Source: Octopus vulgaris (lineage: Eukaryota). From it: a stretch of 64,000 nt of DNA. Within the stretch, counting starts at the first letter, position 1. The number at the start of each line of letters is the position of its first letter. The notes under the pieces were generated by a model, which was not told the origin of the DNA, ran no database searches, and saw only the letters and a list, made by a program, of their open reading frames with translations. Location of the stretch: assembly GCA_951406725.2 (NCBI GenBank), contig OX597832.1:30628001-30692000 (forward strand), in the 5' to 3' direction. A program made the translations under genes and the position numbers. Positions 49,698 to 64,000 of the stretch are shown here, one piece after another.

Positions 49698-49985
49698 TAA
49701 CTTGAAACCTAAAACAGAAAGAATTCCTATTATAGTAGGTGCATTAAGTATGATAAAAAAATCATTCAGACAAATACATAACCAAAACACCAGGACTTAC
49801 AAATGCATATACCATACAGAAAATAGCACAACTAGGCACTGCACACATCCTACGCAGAACACTCTCAATACAGTGAAAATAAGAGCACCACAACAAAGCA
49901 CAGCTCATACCCAAGGCCACAGAGTTACACTCGGTGGTGCAGTGAAAGCACATGCTAAAAATAAAACTACTGGTTAATAACAATG
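49697..49985 (+). mobile_element. 3' end of an R4/Dong-like (RLE) non-LTR retrotransposon next to a (TAA)n tract
   Basis: Translates IPIIVGAL... then, after a frameshift, IQKIAQLGTAHILRRTL. Dong elements are known to target TAA repeats. Confidence 0.7.
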
Positions 49986-50654
49986 ATATCTTTTATAATA
50001 ATAATAATAATAATCTGAAAAAATGCCATAGCAAGGCTCACACTATTACACACTGTCCCAAAAGTATCTCTGCTATGAACAGCCTACATTTTGCACAAAA
50101 CACAATCCATTTCTATAGAACAGCTCGTGATTCAATAGAAATGGTTTAAATAGAATAACCTTTACACACAATGCCCTCGCTCAACAATAAGCATATTGTA
50201 ATCTAAAACAACCGACCTAAGCTCCAAATCCTGTCCATGATTAAAGTACCACAACACAAGCTGCGTTACACTTTTTGTCATACACAACAGAACAAACACT
50301 AATACAACAAGAAACAAGAAACAAAACTCCACAAAAGAACCGACTGAGGTGGTATGCTAAATGGGAAGAGTCTGTCCTTTCCCAATCTCCACAATTATAA
50401 AGAGAACAATGTTGTCCACACTGCAGGAACATGGAGACGCATTGAGTGGTGAAGGAGAAACTTGAAACATGAAAAATTCAATAATACAAATAGTATGAGT
50501 GAGTTTGGTAGATGGACACTGTCAAGAAATCTGCTGTATACATACATATGCATGTGTGTGTGTGTGTGCATGCATGTGTGTATGCCTCCTTGTTTATGTG
50601 TGTATGTGTGTGTGACTTTGTGTTAGTCTCACCACCACCACTTGACAACCATCG

Positions 50655-50810
50655 TCGGTTTACATTATTTACACTATTTACATTTGATGGATATTTGTCC
50701 TCATCTTTTTTGTTAACACAACATTTCGGCTGATACACCCTCCATCCTTCATCAGGTTTCTTTGGGAAATTTGGAACCTGGGTTCTCATTCCTAAGGTAT
50801 TTTGTTGGTA
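50655..50810 (-). mobile_element. Penelope-LTR-like insertion with a degenerate hammerhead core, splitting a family B SINE
   Basis: Minus strand reads AAAC-CTGATGA-A-GGATG-loop-CAGCC-GAAA-TGTT-GTGTT (about 50714-50759). Confidence 0.6.
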
Positions 50811-51179
50811 TTTTGTTGCCTGGAATTGAACTTGGAATTTTGGGGTTAGTAGCCTGTGCTCTTAACCACTATGCCATATACCTGTGGGCAATTATGGAGT
50901 GGATTTTAGGGCTTATCAATCTAATATTTTCCTATCCTTTCTTAATACTGGTTGGTTTGTTTACATACCTGAAATCTAGTAGTTTAGCGAATGAGACCAA
51001 CAGGATAAGTACCACACAGGATAAGTAAGTACTGGGGCCAATTTGTTTGACTAAACCCTTCCAAGCAATGCCCCAGCATGGCAGCAATCTACTGTAACTG
51101 AAGCAAATAAAAGGGGCAAAAAAAAAACTTACTTTTCTACATATAAATATACAAATGCAATACTTGGACCCATCATCAG

Positions 51180-51566
51180 TGTATGTACGTATGTATGTAT
51201 GTATTTATGCATGTATGTGTGTATGTATGTGTGTGTATGTATGTGTATATATATGTACGTATGTGTGTATGTATGTATGTGTGTATGTATGTACATATGT
51301 ATATATGCTTGCATGTATGTATGAGTATATGTATGTACACACGTATGTATGTATCTATCTATGTATATCTGTGTATGTATGTACATATGTGTGTATGCAT
51401 GCATGTATGTGTGCATGTATGCACACATGCATACCTGCATGCATGTATGTACACATACATATATTTATGTGTGTATGCATGTATGCACACATGCATGCTT
51501 GCATGTATGTATGTATGCTTGCATGCATGTATGTATGCATGCATGTATGTGTGTGTGTATGTATGT
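51180..51566. repeat. Degenerate (TATG/TG)n microsatellite
   Basis: Seen directly. Confidence 0.95.
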
Positions 51567-51848
51567 AATATAATTGTCACCCCTTCCGCCATGCCCTCGA
51601 CACACAGACAACTCATTGCAATGGTACTTCAGCTCTTTGAGCTGAACACAGACTAGAAACGCATGTTGTAAGTGCAATCTCTCCAGATACAAAGTATATT
51701 TTGCCATATTTTAGTGTTTACTAAATGATAATCAGGAATATGTGTTTTATTCAATTAATTCCTTTAAATACAGATTTGCCCAAAAGTAATTAATGATAAA
51801 ACTGATAAACATTTACCACCCATGGATTTTTGATGGAGTTCTCACTAG

Positions 51849-52620
<772 letters not shown>

Positions 52621-52709
52621 TTAAATAAAGGTAGAAATTGATATTAATCAATTAAAACCAGTGGCCTAGCATATTTTTTTTAAATCCGAAGATTAAAAAT
52701 TTTTTTTAC

Positions 52710-52901
52710 ATACAAAGTTTAGAGGACTGACCACAAAAGAAATGGACAGCCTATATGCTTGATATAGATGTCAAAATCGTCATTTTCCATGAAGAATGTG
52801 TTCTCAAGACATGTGTTCCTTCGTCGTGGAAAATGGCGATTTTGACGTCTATATCTAGCATATAGGCTGTCCATTTCTTTTGTGGTCAGTCCTCTAAACT
52901 T

Positions 52902-52906
<5 letters not shown>
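52710..52906. repeat. Fold-back element
   Basis: Inverted arms of about 80 bp: tacaaagtttagaggactgaccac... / ...gtggtcagtcctctaaactttgta. Confidence 0.9.
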
Positions 52907-52943
<37 letters not shown>

Positions 52944-52981
52944 TACATGTACACACACACACACTCACTCACATATATATA

Positions 52982-53200
52982 AGAAGGAAAATGCACACAC
53001 TTTACATAGTTTTAATATATTTTATGTTGTGTCTGTCCACCAGTTTCGCTTTCACTAATCATGACATAAAAATCGTTTTAATTACGTATTTTCCTAAGAA
53101 ATCCTAAGAAAAATTTGTTTTTGTCCATGTGTGTGGCATTTCAGCCAACAAACACTATATTAAATATATTAAAACAATGTAAAGTGTGCATTTTCCTTCT
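52982..53200. mobile_element. Small inverted-repeat element between microsatellites
   Basis: Arms of about 40 bp: agaaggaaaatgcacac...tttaatatattt and its reverse complement. Confidence 0.7.
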
Positions 53201-53216
53201 GTAATTTCATATGTGC

Positions 53217-53253
<37 letters not shown>

Positions 53254-53291
53254 AAATATACATATATACATATATATATATACAAACATAT

Positions 53292-53335
<44 letters not shown>

Positions 53336-53465
53336 GATAAATATACATATATACACATATATATATATACAAACATTTAAATAAATATACACACACACAC
53401 ATATATATATATATATAAACATTAATATAACACAAAACACATATATATATATATATATGATAAAT

Positions 53466-53498
<33 letters not shown>

Positions 53499-53553
53499 AA
53501 CATATATATATATACACACACATATATATATATATACTCACATACATATATAT

Positions 53554-53606
<53 letters not shown>

Positions 53607-54321
53607 CACTCACATACATATATATATACACACATACACTCGCATATATGTATAAAGTGCTTGAAGTAGTGTAAAGATATTGTATATTGCGAAAAAGGAG
53701 GCAGTCAGAATTTTGGATAATCCTTTATTAGCGCTTTTGTTCATATTTGAACTTGCCAAGATAAAATTATAATCACAATGGTAAAAAGAGAAACCCTTTC
53801 CCCATCCTTTATTATTATCATTATTTCTTTTTTCTCCTCTTTCTTGGTTGTCCCGAAACCCCCCTCTCTCTCTCTCTCTGTCTATTTCACCCTCACCTCC
53901 TCTTTGCTTTTTTTCCTCTCTCTCCTCCTCTTTCCTAAAGAACAAAAACAATATTGTCCTCTTCTAAACAATATTTTCTTCATATAAATGAACAATGAAG
54001 CTTTCTGTTTTTACCATTTTTAAAAAAATTTTCTCTTGATGAATTTGAAAAAAAAAGAAAGGAAAGTGCTAATTAAGGATTAATCAAAATTCTGACTGCC
54101 TCCTTTTTCTAAATACACACGCCCATTCAAACACACACACACACATGTACACATATTCACACATACAAATGTGCATATATACATACATGCAAATGATAAG
54201 CTTGAAACATAAGCCTGTTTAGATATGCTTCTATAATCACGAGAATACATACATACATACATACATGCATGCATACATATATATATACATACATACATAC
54301 ACACACACACATACATACATA

Positions 54322-54684
54322 CATGATGGCTGCCCCCTCGTTATCGAGTATGGCAATTGCACGAAGATTAACTGTTATTGGTGCTGTGATCGAATGTAAC
54401 TTTTTAGCCCAGCTAAAGATCTACAATGTCTTGTACAAAATTGGCAACTAATACCTTTACCGGTAATATCCGGCTGTAGTTGTAACTGGGCTTCATGTAC
54501 CTTTGCATGTCGTTTAAGTCTTTCTGCCAAATTACACTCTCTTCCACATGCCCGACAGATATGATTGGTATGGTGTGTTACACCACCACCAGTGGCCAGG
54601 TTGTCACTCATCTGTCTCGCTTTATGACTACGAAGATGACTCTTGAGTCCAGCTTTACTGAGGCTGGGTCTTGCACAGACACAT
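54322..54684 (-). mobile_element. Second copy of the zinc-finger cassette, embedded in (ACAT)n
   Basis: ORF 54375..54725: CARPSLSKAGLKSHLRSH...CRACGREC...LKRHAKVH...CQFCTRHCRSLAGLKSYIRSQH. Confidence 0.75.
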
Positions 54685-55126
54685 ACATACATACAAACAA
54701 AAGCACCTTGTTGTTGAAATTCCAATGAAGGAGCCTCGGATCTAGGTTAGAAACCAGTTCTTTTTCTATTGGCAAGAAATCTTGAAATAAAACTGAACAA
54801 TGACATACATACATGGACGTTTAGCCAAAAGTACAATAAATAGGAGCTACAGTGTCTTTTGTTCGGCTGTACACATCATTTTATTGGGAGGAAGAAGCTT
54901 ATTAAAACACATCCTGTTTAACGAAGACAATCTGTCTTTTCACATGAGTGACATTGTTTATTGAAATATATTTATTGCGTTTATATCACACAATAAAATA
55001 TACACTCACCTCATATTCATATGTATATACATACATACATACAGAGTATGTGTGTGTACATGTATGTGTGTGTGTATGTATGTTAGTATGTATATTTATA
55101 TATGTGTATTTGCACATGTGTGTGTG

Positions 55127-55188
<62 letters not shown>

Positions 55189-55212
55189 TGTATACATGTG
55201 TGTAGATATGTG

Positions 55213-56193
55213 AGTGTAGACTCCTTCCTCTCTTTTGTCAAATCTTTCCATCCTGCTCTCCACTTCTCCTGCACTATTTCCGATACTTCAGTCGCCTTTC
55301 TTGACATTTCGGTCAGCATCCATCACTCCACTCTCACCACCTCCATCCACTACAAACACACAGACTCACACTCATACCTCAACTTCTCCTCCTCCCACCC
55401 TAAGCTCTCCATCCCCTATTCCCAATTCCTCCATCTACGCAGGCTCTGTAGTGACCACCATGGCTTTGAGGCTGACCACTTCATCCTACATGGATATCCC
55501 CTCACCACTATCCACATCACCCTTGCCAGAGCATGTTCTGTGGAACGTGCATCTGCTCTTTCTCTCCCCACCATCACCCATCTCCTGTTTCCCCTCACCT
55601 ACCATCCCACCACCCTACGTCTCCAACGCACTATTCTCCAAGCCTTCCAGGAGCTCCAGTCCAACCCCTCCACTTCACACATCTTCCCTAACTGACCCCA
55701 TCCCTCTTTCAAATGAGCCCACAGCCTATGAGACCTCTTGGTCCACAGCTTCTTCCCTAACCCAATGTCCCAACCCGGTTCATTTCCCTGCTCCCACCCA
55801 CGCTGTCACACTTGCCCTTACCTCTCCAACACCACCCTCCTTACAGGCACCTATCATCGACCCTATCATATCATTGACTCCTTCACCTGCACTTCTAGCA
55901 ATGTAGTCTACTGCATCTCCTGCTCTCTCTATCCTTCTTTATACATAGGTCAAACAGGATACTGCTTGGCTGACCAGTTCATGGAACACCTTTGAGACAT
56001 CAGACTCAGCAACAACACCCTGGTCTCGCACCATATCCGCTCTACCAGTCATTCTTTACAACACCTGTCTATGTTTGGATTGTCCTTGCACGGGGGCCAT
56101 CCAGACTCCTGTCTTCGCTGTGAACAGGGATTAATCTTCTCTCTTCACTCCTTTGTATCACATGGGCTTAACTCTCCTCCCCTCTTCATCTAA
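55213..56193 (+). mobile_element. Penelope-like retroelement remnant (RT C-terminus, Cys-rich linker, GIY-YIG endonuclease; Neptune-type), disrupted by stops
   Basis: FLDISV, YKHTDSHSYLNFSSSHP, IPYSQFLHLRRLCS, CSHPRCHTC, FTCTSSNVVYCISC...LYIGQTG...EHL. Confidence 0.92.
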
Positions 56194-57049
56194 CCCTCCT
56201 CCTCTCTTCCTCTCACACCTACTTCCTCCCACTGTTTATTTTGTCAATCGTAGTAGAAGAAAAATTTCAAATCAGACCATGTTAACACCAAAAATTAGTT
56301 ACATCAAAAAGGTGCTTTTTTTTCTATGAAAATCCCTATTTTTTATGATTTTTTTTTACTGCAGTGTCGCCATTTTTTAGTGTATTTCAACCAGAAAAAT
56401 GTTCACTTAAAGAGAATAACAAGCTACATAATGCAAAATTTTTACTTTTCAAAAATTCCTATTCTAAAGGGTCGACACAAACCCGAGCAACGCCGGGCGA
56501 TACTGCTAGTTTCTGTAAAAATTTTGTTTTCATGACATGTTGAAGGTGGCTTTTGCTTTGAAGTCGGTGGAGTGAAACAGACGATAGAGGGTGCAGCCCC
56601 ACACTTTCATTTTCAGGACATGAATAGTGAAACAAACTTGCACAATGTATGTATGTATGTATTTGTGTGTGTGTGTATGTATGTGTGTGTATGTATGTAT
56701 GTATGAAAGATAATGGGTGAACGTATGTGTGTGCGTGTGCACAAGCTTGTTGGGTTTTATGTATCTGTATCCACACACAAACACGCACTTGCACAATGAA
56801 TTTACGTATGTATTCGTGTATGTACATGTATACGAAAGATAATGGGTGTATGTGTGTGCGCTTGTATGTGTATGTATTTCTATTCACTCATACACGCACG
56901 CACACACCCATTACATGTACATACACACATACATACATACACACACATACATACACACATACAAACATACACACACACACATACATACAAACAAACAAAG
57001 AAAATACCCTGTTGCTGATGTGGAAATTCTAATGAAGGAGCCTCGAATA

Positions 57050-57275
57050 TATTTCTTTACCACCCACAAGGGGCTAAACACAGAGGGGACAAACAAGGAC
57101 AGACAAAGGGATTAAGTCGATTACATCGACTCCAGTGCGTAGCTGGTACTTTATTTATCGACCCCGAAAGGATGAAAGGCCAAGTCGACCTCGGCGGAAT
57201 TTGAACTCAGAACGTAACGACAGGCGGAACACGGCTACGCTTTTCGCCCGGCGTGCTAACGTCTCTGCCAGCTCG
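57050..57275 (-). mobile_element. SINE family A monomer
   Basis: Homologous to 46387-46624. Confidence 0.85.
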
Positions 57276-57891
57276 GGCATTATATACACCGGGCGAGTGT
57301 GTTTCACTATTCAAGTCATAAACACCGAAGTCAATGGGTGTGTAATGTGTGTGCGCGGGCACTGTCGTCTGTTTCCTTTTTTTTTCAACCCCTTCGACAC
57401 GTCATGAAAAGAAACAGATAAATAAAAGAAATTAGCGAACCAGCTGTCAAATTATTGACAGCTTTGAGCCCAAATACGACTGATTGCCGGTTTGCTTTTT
57501 AAAAATCCTCTCGGCTTTTTATGTTCTGGGTTGAAATTCCGCCGGGGTCAATTTTGCCTTTCGTACTTTCGAAATTGATAAAATAAAGTACCAGTTGAGC
57601 ACTGTGATTATTGTAATCGACATACCCCAACCCCTAAAATTACGAGGCTTGTACCAAATAGCTGAAACCGTCATCTTTTTAAACGGTAGGGTGCGGTTGG
57701 AGGAAGATTTGGCTATTATTTCTAGCAAGTCGAACGACGAGATACCGGTTCCCTCACTTGCATGTACTCAAATACATCATTATCGCTGATACGATCTTTA
57801 GTCTGTCCTAAAACATGTGAATTCATGAGCAAAAGAATTTTGTCCTTTACCATCCCAACTTTTAATAAGTTCAAGTCTATTTTATGTAATA

Positions 57892-58216
57892 CAGGGTGAT
57901 TAAAAAGTCTCCATACATAGGAAATTTTTTTTCTTTTTAATAAGAAATAGCTTATTAGATCCCCTGATCTAATCCCTCTTGATTCCTATCTTTGGGGGCA
58001 TTTGAAAGGAATGGTGTATCGCGAAAATAAAATAAAACAAATCGTTTGAAGGAATGCACCACCAGATGTACTTTTACGAGTTCACAACGAATGGGGTAGA
58101 CGTATTGTAATGTGTATTTGAAACAATGGTAACCATTTAGAAACTGTTAAAAAAAAACCTGTTTCTTATAAGAAAAATAAATTGTTCCTATGTATGGCGA
58201 CTTTTGAATCACCCTC
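57892..58216 (+). mobile_element. Tc1/mariner-superfamily deletion derivative
   Basis: TA|CAGGGTGATTAAAAAGTCTCCATACATAGGAA ... TTCCTATGTATGGCGACTTTTGAATCACCCTC; residual SPDLIPLDSYLWGHLKGMVY. Confidence 0.82.
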
Positions 58217-58679
58217 TTAAATAAGACGGCTGAGTGCAACTTGAGAGAGATTTGGCTTATTTATAACTAGTTTGATAGGAATTACCTAGTTTTTTTTTAT
58301 AGAATTAAGTCAAAATAATAAGAATATGTGGAACAATAAGTGAAGGAAATTTTAATGAATTTGCGTGTCATCATGGAAGAGAGTCTTCTACAGCCCCGTC
58401 CGAGTAGACGGAAACTGTGTATGCGAGATTGCGTTTGTTTGTCCCTCACCACCGGTGTTGGTTTGTTTACGGTCCATATCGTAGCGGTTTGGCAAAAGAT
58501 ATCGATAGAATAAATATCAGACTTTAAAAAAAAAAGAAACTCAGAATTAATTGAGCTGATTTGTTTGACAAAACTCTTCGAAATTGTGCCCCAGCAAGGC
58601 CGCAGTCCAATAACCGAAATAAGTGAAGGATAAGCCGTGCTGATGAGAACAATGATTTCTAAAATGAATAAGTTCCACT

Positions 58680-58720
<41 letters not shown>

Positions 58721-61700
58721 CGGTACCCCAGCATGGTTGCACTCTAGTAACTAACAGAAGAAAAAGATAATAAATAAGAGATGGGGAAACGACACGGGAA
58801 TTTTAATTTAAAATTGAATATTGAAAAGAATCCGACACTAGTTTGATCTGATTGAATATTGAATTAAAATAAAGAGTGACTAAAATAATTTAAGTAATTC
58901 AAATAAATATCTAGTATCCTCCATCGACTGCGTGAAAAAATTAATAGTGAAGTGGGGGAAAAAATACAAAACCAGGATTGTTATTCAGCTGCTAAATAAA
59001 TATAAATGTGAAAAAAGAATCCTAACCCACCGCATTCAACACGCACTAACACACACACATTTTTCAAAGGGTTTAGCCCCTGCTTTCCTTTTTAAAAAAT
59101 CTTGACCGCTATTTAATGAAGTGAATAGTTATTGTTATGGATTTCTCGTCACTAATGGTGAAATTTTAATTAATTAATTTCCAGGATTAACGCAACTATG
59201 CTTAGCGACTACTTTACTATTACATTTTCAGCCAGAGGACTTCCCTGGGAATTTCACTCCTCATTCCCCCCTCTTCTTCTCAACAACGGATATCATCCTA
59301 CTATTTCCTCCTCCCCTCTTAATTCTCCCGCCATCGCTACATTTTTTTGTCATCTCTTCGTTACTATCTCTCTATTTATTCTTACCTCTCCTCATCTCTT
59401 TCATTAACCTTCCTCCCTTAATTACTTATAAACTATCAGCCTCTTTACTTTCCTTTACGTGTGTGTGTGTGTGTATGTGTGTGCGTGCATGTGCTTCTGC
59501 ATAATTCTCTTAGTCCCTCCTCTCTCCCTTCCTCGCTTTTATTTCTCCCGCCATCACTACATTTTCACTCACTTTAATCTCTTACTCTTTCACTACTAAA
59601 TTACTGCCCCTCCATTTCACACACACGGTCGATCAGTCTGTTTCCCTCTTGCCTCACCTCTCTTTCTATCTCTTTCGCTATCTCTTTCTTTCCTCCCCTA
59701 TTCTCTCTCTCTCTGTCGCTCTAGTCACCCCTCTCTCTTTTCCCCCGTACTCTTTCTCACTCTCTATCTCCCTCTCTCTTCTCCCCTTTAGCGGGTAAAT
59801 ATATATAATTCCATGCGGTGTTGTTCTTTGCATCAGTTTCACTCATTTCTTAAAATTCTTCGATTCGCTCTCACATCGGTTCACTAGAAACTTCTCATCA
59901 TGCTCATAATCGACTCTGTAGTAAGTAAAATTACTTCATCTCTTTTTTTATCCAAATATTTTCCTTTTTTTTCTTTCTTAATAGAACTCAAAATTCAAAC
60001 TACAAAAACCAAAAAAAAAAAATAATAAAAGAGACAGAAAAACGTTTCAACGCATCCAAAGCTCTAATTAAAAGCAAATATATTACTAGTAACTTAATCA
60101 ATTAACGATTTTTGAATATCCAATTAATATTAAACAGTACAATTCCACTTTTGTACTTTAAACCTGATCGCTTTCAACAAATATATTATATACGTGTGTT
60201 ATCGCCTATGTATATATATGTGTGTGTGTATGCATGGTGATGGCTTAATAAACCCAAGAATACTTTTTAATTATGGTATTTAATTATTTGATACCCTTCT
60301 ATAAATAATCAGTTATTCCATACTATATCATTTCCAAGGATTCGAAATACAAAGCCATAAATTAACGCTATTCTTGAATTTATTGACTGATATCTATTAT
60401 TTAATTAATTATTCTGAGCACTATTTAACCCTTGTCAACCGTTTGTATATTGTGCAGTTCTTCGTCTTATTTAGAGCAATTTAAGTTTTTTTTTTAACTA
60501 TTATTATTTTGTCTGATATTTAATTGCTTTATTTAGGGTCCGTTTTTATTCCAGGATAGATATGTATGAAATAAGTTAACGAGGTATGACGAAAATTGTT
60601 ATTGAAGTGGGAATTGCAGCAACTATACTGTCTGTCCAAAATAAATGTCAATATTTCAGGTTCATCTCGCCATAAATCTTGCCCTAACATTACTGGGAGT
60701 CGATAAAATAATCACCAATCCATCACTGGTACCGATTCAGGTGATCCCTGCCCTGTTTCTTTTTCGTATTTATTTTATTCTGAACCCTACAGTCATTATT
60801 CGATCTGACCCTTCCCACCATATTTTTCTCTTGTCCCCTTTACAGTCCCAAGCACTTGATTGTACAAATTTCGCGTTACGGTTCTTTACGTTTAGAATCC
60901 AAATTCATTCAAGATCAGTTTTCCCTTTCTATCATCCCTGGGGTCGATAAAATACCCACCAGTCAAGTTCGTAGGGTCCATGTATTTTAAATAAAATTCC
61001 CGGCCTATGTGCGACTTGGACGAGAAATCCCTCATAATGTTAATTTCATATGCAATGATAATCTAGATCGGCCTTGGAAATTAACGAAGATAATTGATAA
61101 CTCTGATACTTAAAAAGGAAAGATAGATTATATATTCATGTATATTGGCATAACTACATGAATATTTGCAGTTATCTTCTTTCAATCCATATTCAACTTA
61201 ATCGACAAGTCATCATTACTAACAGTATTAATTTTTCTGGAAGTTATGAGGCAACAAAGTCGGGGGCGGGGGTATACATCTATAGTTATGCCTGTATATA
61301 TATATATGTGTATGTATGTATATGTGTGTGTGTGTGTATCTATATCTCCGACCATGACTCTGCATTTTGGAGCCGAAGTCTTCCACTTGATTTAGAGAGC
61401 ATTTGGGTGTATTATTTGCTTTGTTGTGTGATTATTGCTAAAGGTTTTTTTCAACGACCTTAGCTAACGATAGGTTAGAAATAGATGTCAAATTTATGTT
61501 GGATCACACTGCACCATTTTAAAAGACGAAGGACGTAATGTGGTTCTTGATGTTGTTCCAAATAAAAGCTTGTGGTCGAAGGTACACCGCCTGTAAAAGG
61601 AGGCTGGACGGTCGGGGCTGGAATGCCTTTGATCATACGTCTATTGTCTAATTAAACCTGAGTATTTGTAATTATCTTTTTTCTTCCACATTCAACTTAA

Positions 61701-63119
61701 ACATGTCATCATCGCCTCCGTCAACAGTTGATGAAGCTTTTATGTGGGTCAGCCAGTCTGCTAGAAATAGACACTAAATCGCACTTGCCGTCTTAAATAG
61801 ACACGTTGAATAATGTGACCCTGACTTCAATTTTCCTGGGTATTAAGATGGGTTGTTCGTAGATGGAGCGCTTTTGATCATTGGTCTGAATAGCCGTAAG
61901 CTTGTGCTGTATGTCTGACCGTATACGAGTATAATATTCTATTGATTCCACCACGCAAAACTGCCTTTAATCGTCATGAGGTGAAGATGCGAATTCATTT
62001 TATTATGCGGTCAGGAGGTGGTGTTATGCATTAGACACTGCAATTGTTCGCTATTAACTATTTTAATTCGAGGTTCAGTCTCTGACAATATACGAGCCAA
62101 TTTTTTCTTTTTCACCACGTTTTATATTGGTGATGTTGAAGTGAAGGGCCGACGTTCTGTACGCTCACACACACGCAGTGAAGTAGCTCCATCATAGTAC
62201 CTCCATGCGATCGCTCAACATTGGTTCACTTAACGGTCTTAAAAGATATAAAAAAAGCTGTTATTTTCACATGTTAATATCAATTATGTATTCAAGTCGG
62301 CCAACTGGCACGCCGGGGAGCAAAAATGCTTTACGTCTTGCATTCAAATTCCGCCGAGGTCGACTACGTACCAGTTAAATACTGGATTTGATGTAATAGA
62401 CAAGCCCCCCCCCTCTCCCGAAATTGCTGGCTTTGTGCCAAAATTTGAAACCAGTATTGTGTATTCAAGATCACATTAGCATATACTTGTCAGACGAATA
62501 AAGACGGGATGGTCATGGCTAGAGTACCTCTTTGTCGTACGTCTGGTCGATCCAACCTGACATTCGATTAAGCAACTCCTGATTTCTGCCACAAATGGTA
62601 GCAGATCTCTCAAATCATATCCTATTGCCATAAACAAATATTAAAAACAGAAAGGGCATTAGTTAATGTTGTCTGCGAGAAAAAAAAAAGACGGAATGGT
62701 CACGGTTGGAGCCGACCTGATGGGTTGAACAAGTGAAAACAGCTTCATACTAACGTCGTTGGCATGTTAAAGGGAGGTGGGGATGTAATTCATGTGAGAC
62801 TTTCTTGGGATGCGCAAAATAATGAAGAACCTGCTTGGATCTTGCTTTCGACTAGTAACGGCATCGCCTTACAATTAATACTGACTCTTCAAGCAGGATA
62901 TTACATTCGGGACAATTGCTGCACCTGCTGTCGACTGTCATTTGCCAAGTCAAATTCCAATTCCAGAAATGTTTTTAGTTCAAGAGAGGGCGGCGGCATC
63001 GAACGAATCAAGTTGTCAGGAGACAAGGCATTCGGGGTTTTTTTAAAGTGAAGGATGTGAATAGCACTTTTAGCGTAACACACACACATCGTTATGTAAA
63101 AGTTATGAAATATATAGGT

Positions 63120-63302
63120 TTCAAATTTTGGCATAGGGCCAGAAATTTGAGTAGAGGGGCTAAGTCGATTATTTCGATTCCAGTGCTCAACTGGTACTTA
63201 TTTTATCGAGCCCGAAAGGATGAAAAACACAGTCGACCTCAGTGAAATTTGAACTCAGAACGTAAAGACGGTGTGCTTAACCATTCTGCCACTTCGCCGC
63301 CT
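63120..63302 (-). mobile_element. SINE family A fragment
   Basis: ctggtacttattttatcgagcccgaaaggatgaaa...gaaatttgaactcagaacg. Confidence 0.7.
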
Positions 63303-63923
63303 TGAAATTGTAGAATATATAAAAAGAAAATATTTAACATAGTTGAGACATCTGATACAGAAGTCTACGGTGGGTAGAGTATATGTGAGCTTGTGCGTGT
63401 GTGTATAAAATCTTACAGTTTCGTCTCGAGGTTGGGCTGTCCTCAACTATCATCTGCGGCAGGGGTCCCCGACCACCAAACCATAGATCACTCGGTACCA
63501 GGCTGCACAGAAAAATAATTTTTAAAAATTGATTTCTATATTATTGGCTATCGCAATCTGTAGTATGTTGCTTTTTGGCTTTGTTTCTTTTTGTATGCAA
63601 TAGTTGATATATTATGCGCATGATGCCCCCACCCCGGTTTGTGGTTCTAAAAAGGTTGACGATCGCTAGTCTACAGTCTACCCCAGGGCAAAACGGAGTG
63701 TACTGTCAACTTTTGAGATTGTATAACAGTAAAAGATCTGAGATTTGTCATTGCAAACAGATCCGTTTCCCAGAACAAAGTCAAACGTGATGAAGTCCAT
63801 AATTTTTCATATACGTAATTGTTTCTCGTGCATTTGGCGTTAGTCATCGACTCTTTCTCTTCTAGTTTTGCCATTAAAATATTTTGGTGGATCCACTTTC
63901 AACAACGACTACGTTGCTATGAT

Positions 63924-63955
<32 letters not shown>

Positions 63956-64000
63956 AAGCCGATATCGTGTACTGTTTCGCTTTCGTTTCTTATAATTTAT

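Noticed and set aside
55235-55906. 223-aa Ser/Pro/Thr-rich ORF
   Set aside because: It is an alternative frame of the C-rich Penelope remnant.
62764-63134. Overlapping ORFs with protein-like composition (SMPPPSLELKTFLELEFDLA...)
   Set aside because: I recognise no family and see no convincing splice sites. A BLASTx search would be needed to exclude a decayed gene or transposon.
63671-63874. 67-aa minus-strand ORF MAKLEEKESM...
   Set aside because: It is short, has no recognisable motif and has no supporting neighbouring exons.

Overview
This is AT-rich eukaryotic DNA dense in microsatellites and SINEs; the repeat content suggests an octopus or other coleoid cephalopod (inference). Two complete spliced genes lie in tandem on the minus strand. 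APTX (aprataxin, 6 coding exons, 1066-7728, 203 aa) has HIT and C2H2 domains but no FHA domain. POFUT1 (protein O-fucosyltransferase 1, 8 coding exons, 10063-25779, 387 aa) has one GC-AG intron and no C-terminal KDEL-like signal. From about 26 kb to 64 kb I found no host gene. That region and the introns contain RTE-clade LINE remnants with about 18 copies of their 3' end, a Neptune/Penelope RT-GIY-YIG remnant, an R4/Dong-like 3' end, mariner/Tc1 deletion derivatives, piggyBac-like and Merlin-like MITEs, several tRNA-derived SINE families, long fold-back elements and many microsatellites. The most notable observations are SINE concatemers with a fixed internal junction, a cluster of GG-ended MITEs around both gene starts (one flanked by a 26-bp duplication), degenerate hammerhead-like motifs in repeats, a zinc-finger-coding cassette embedded in (ATGT)n tracts, and the domain/signal losses in both genes. 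I cannot establish a genuinely new biological system from the sequence alone.
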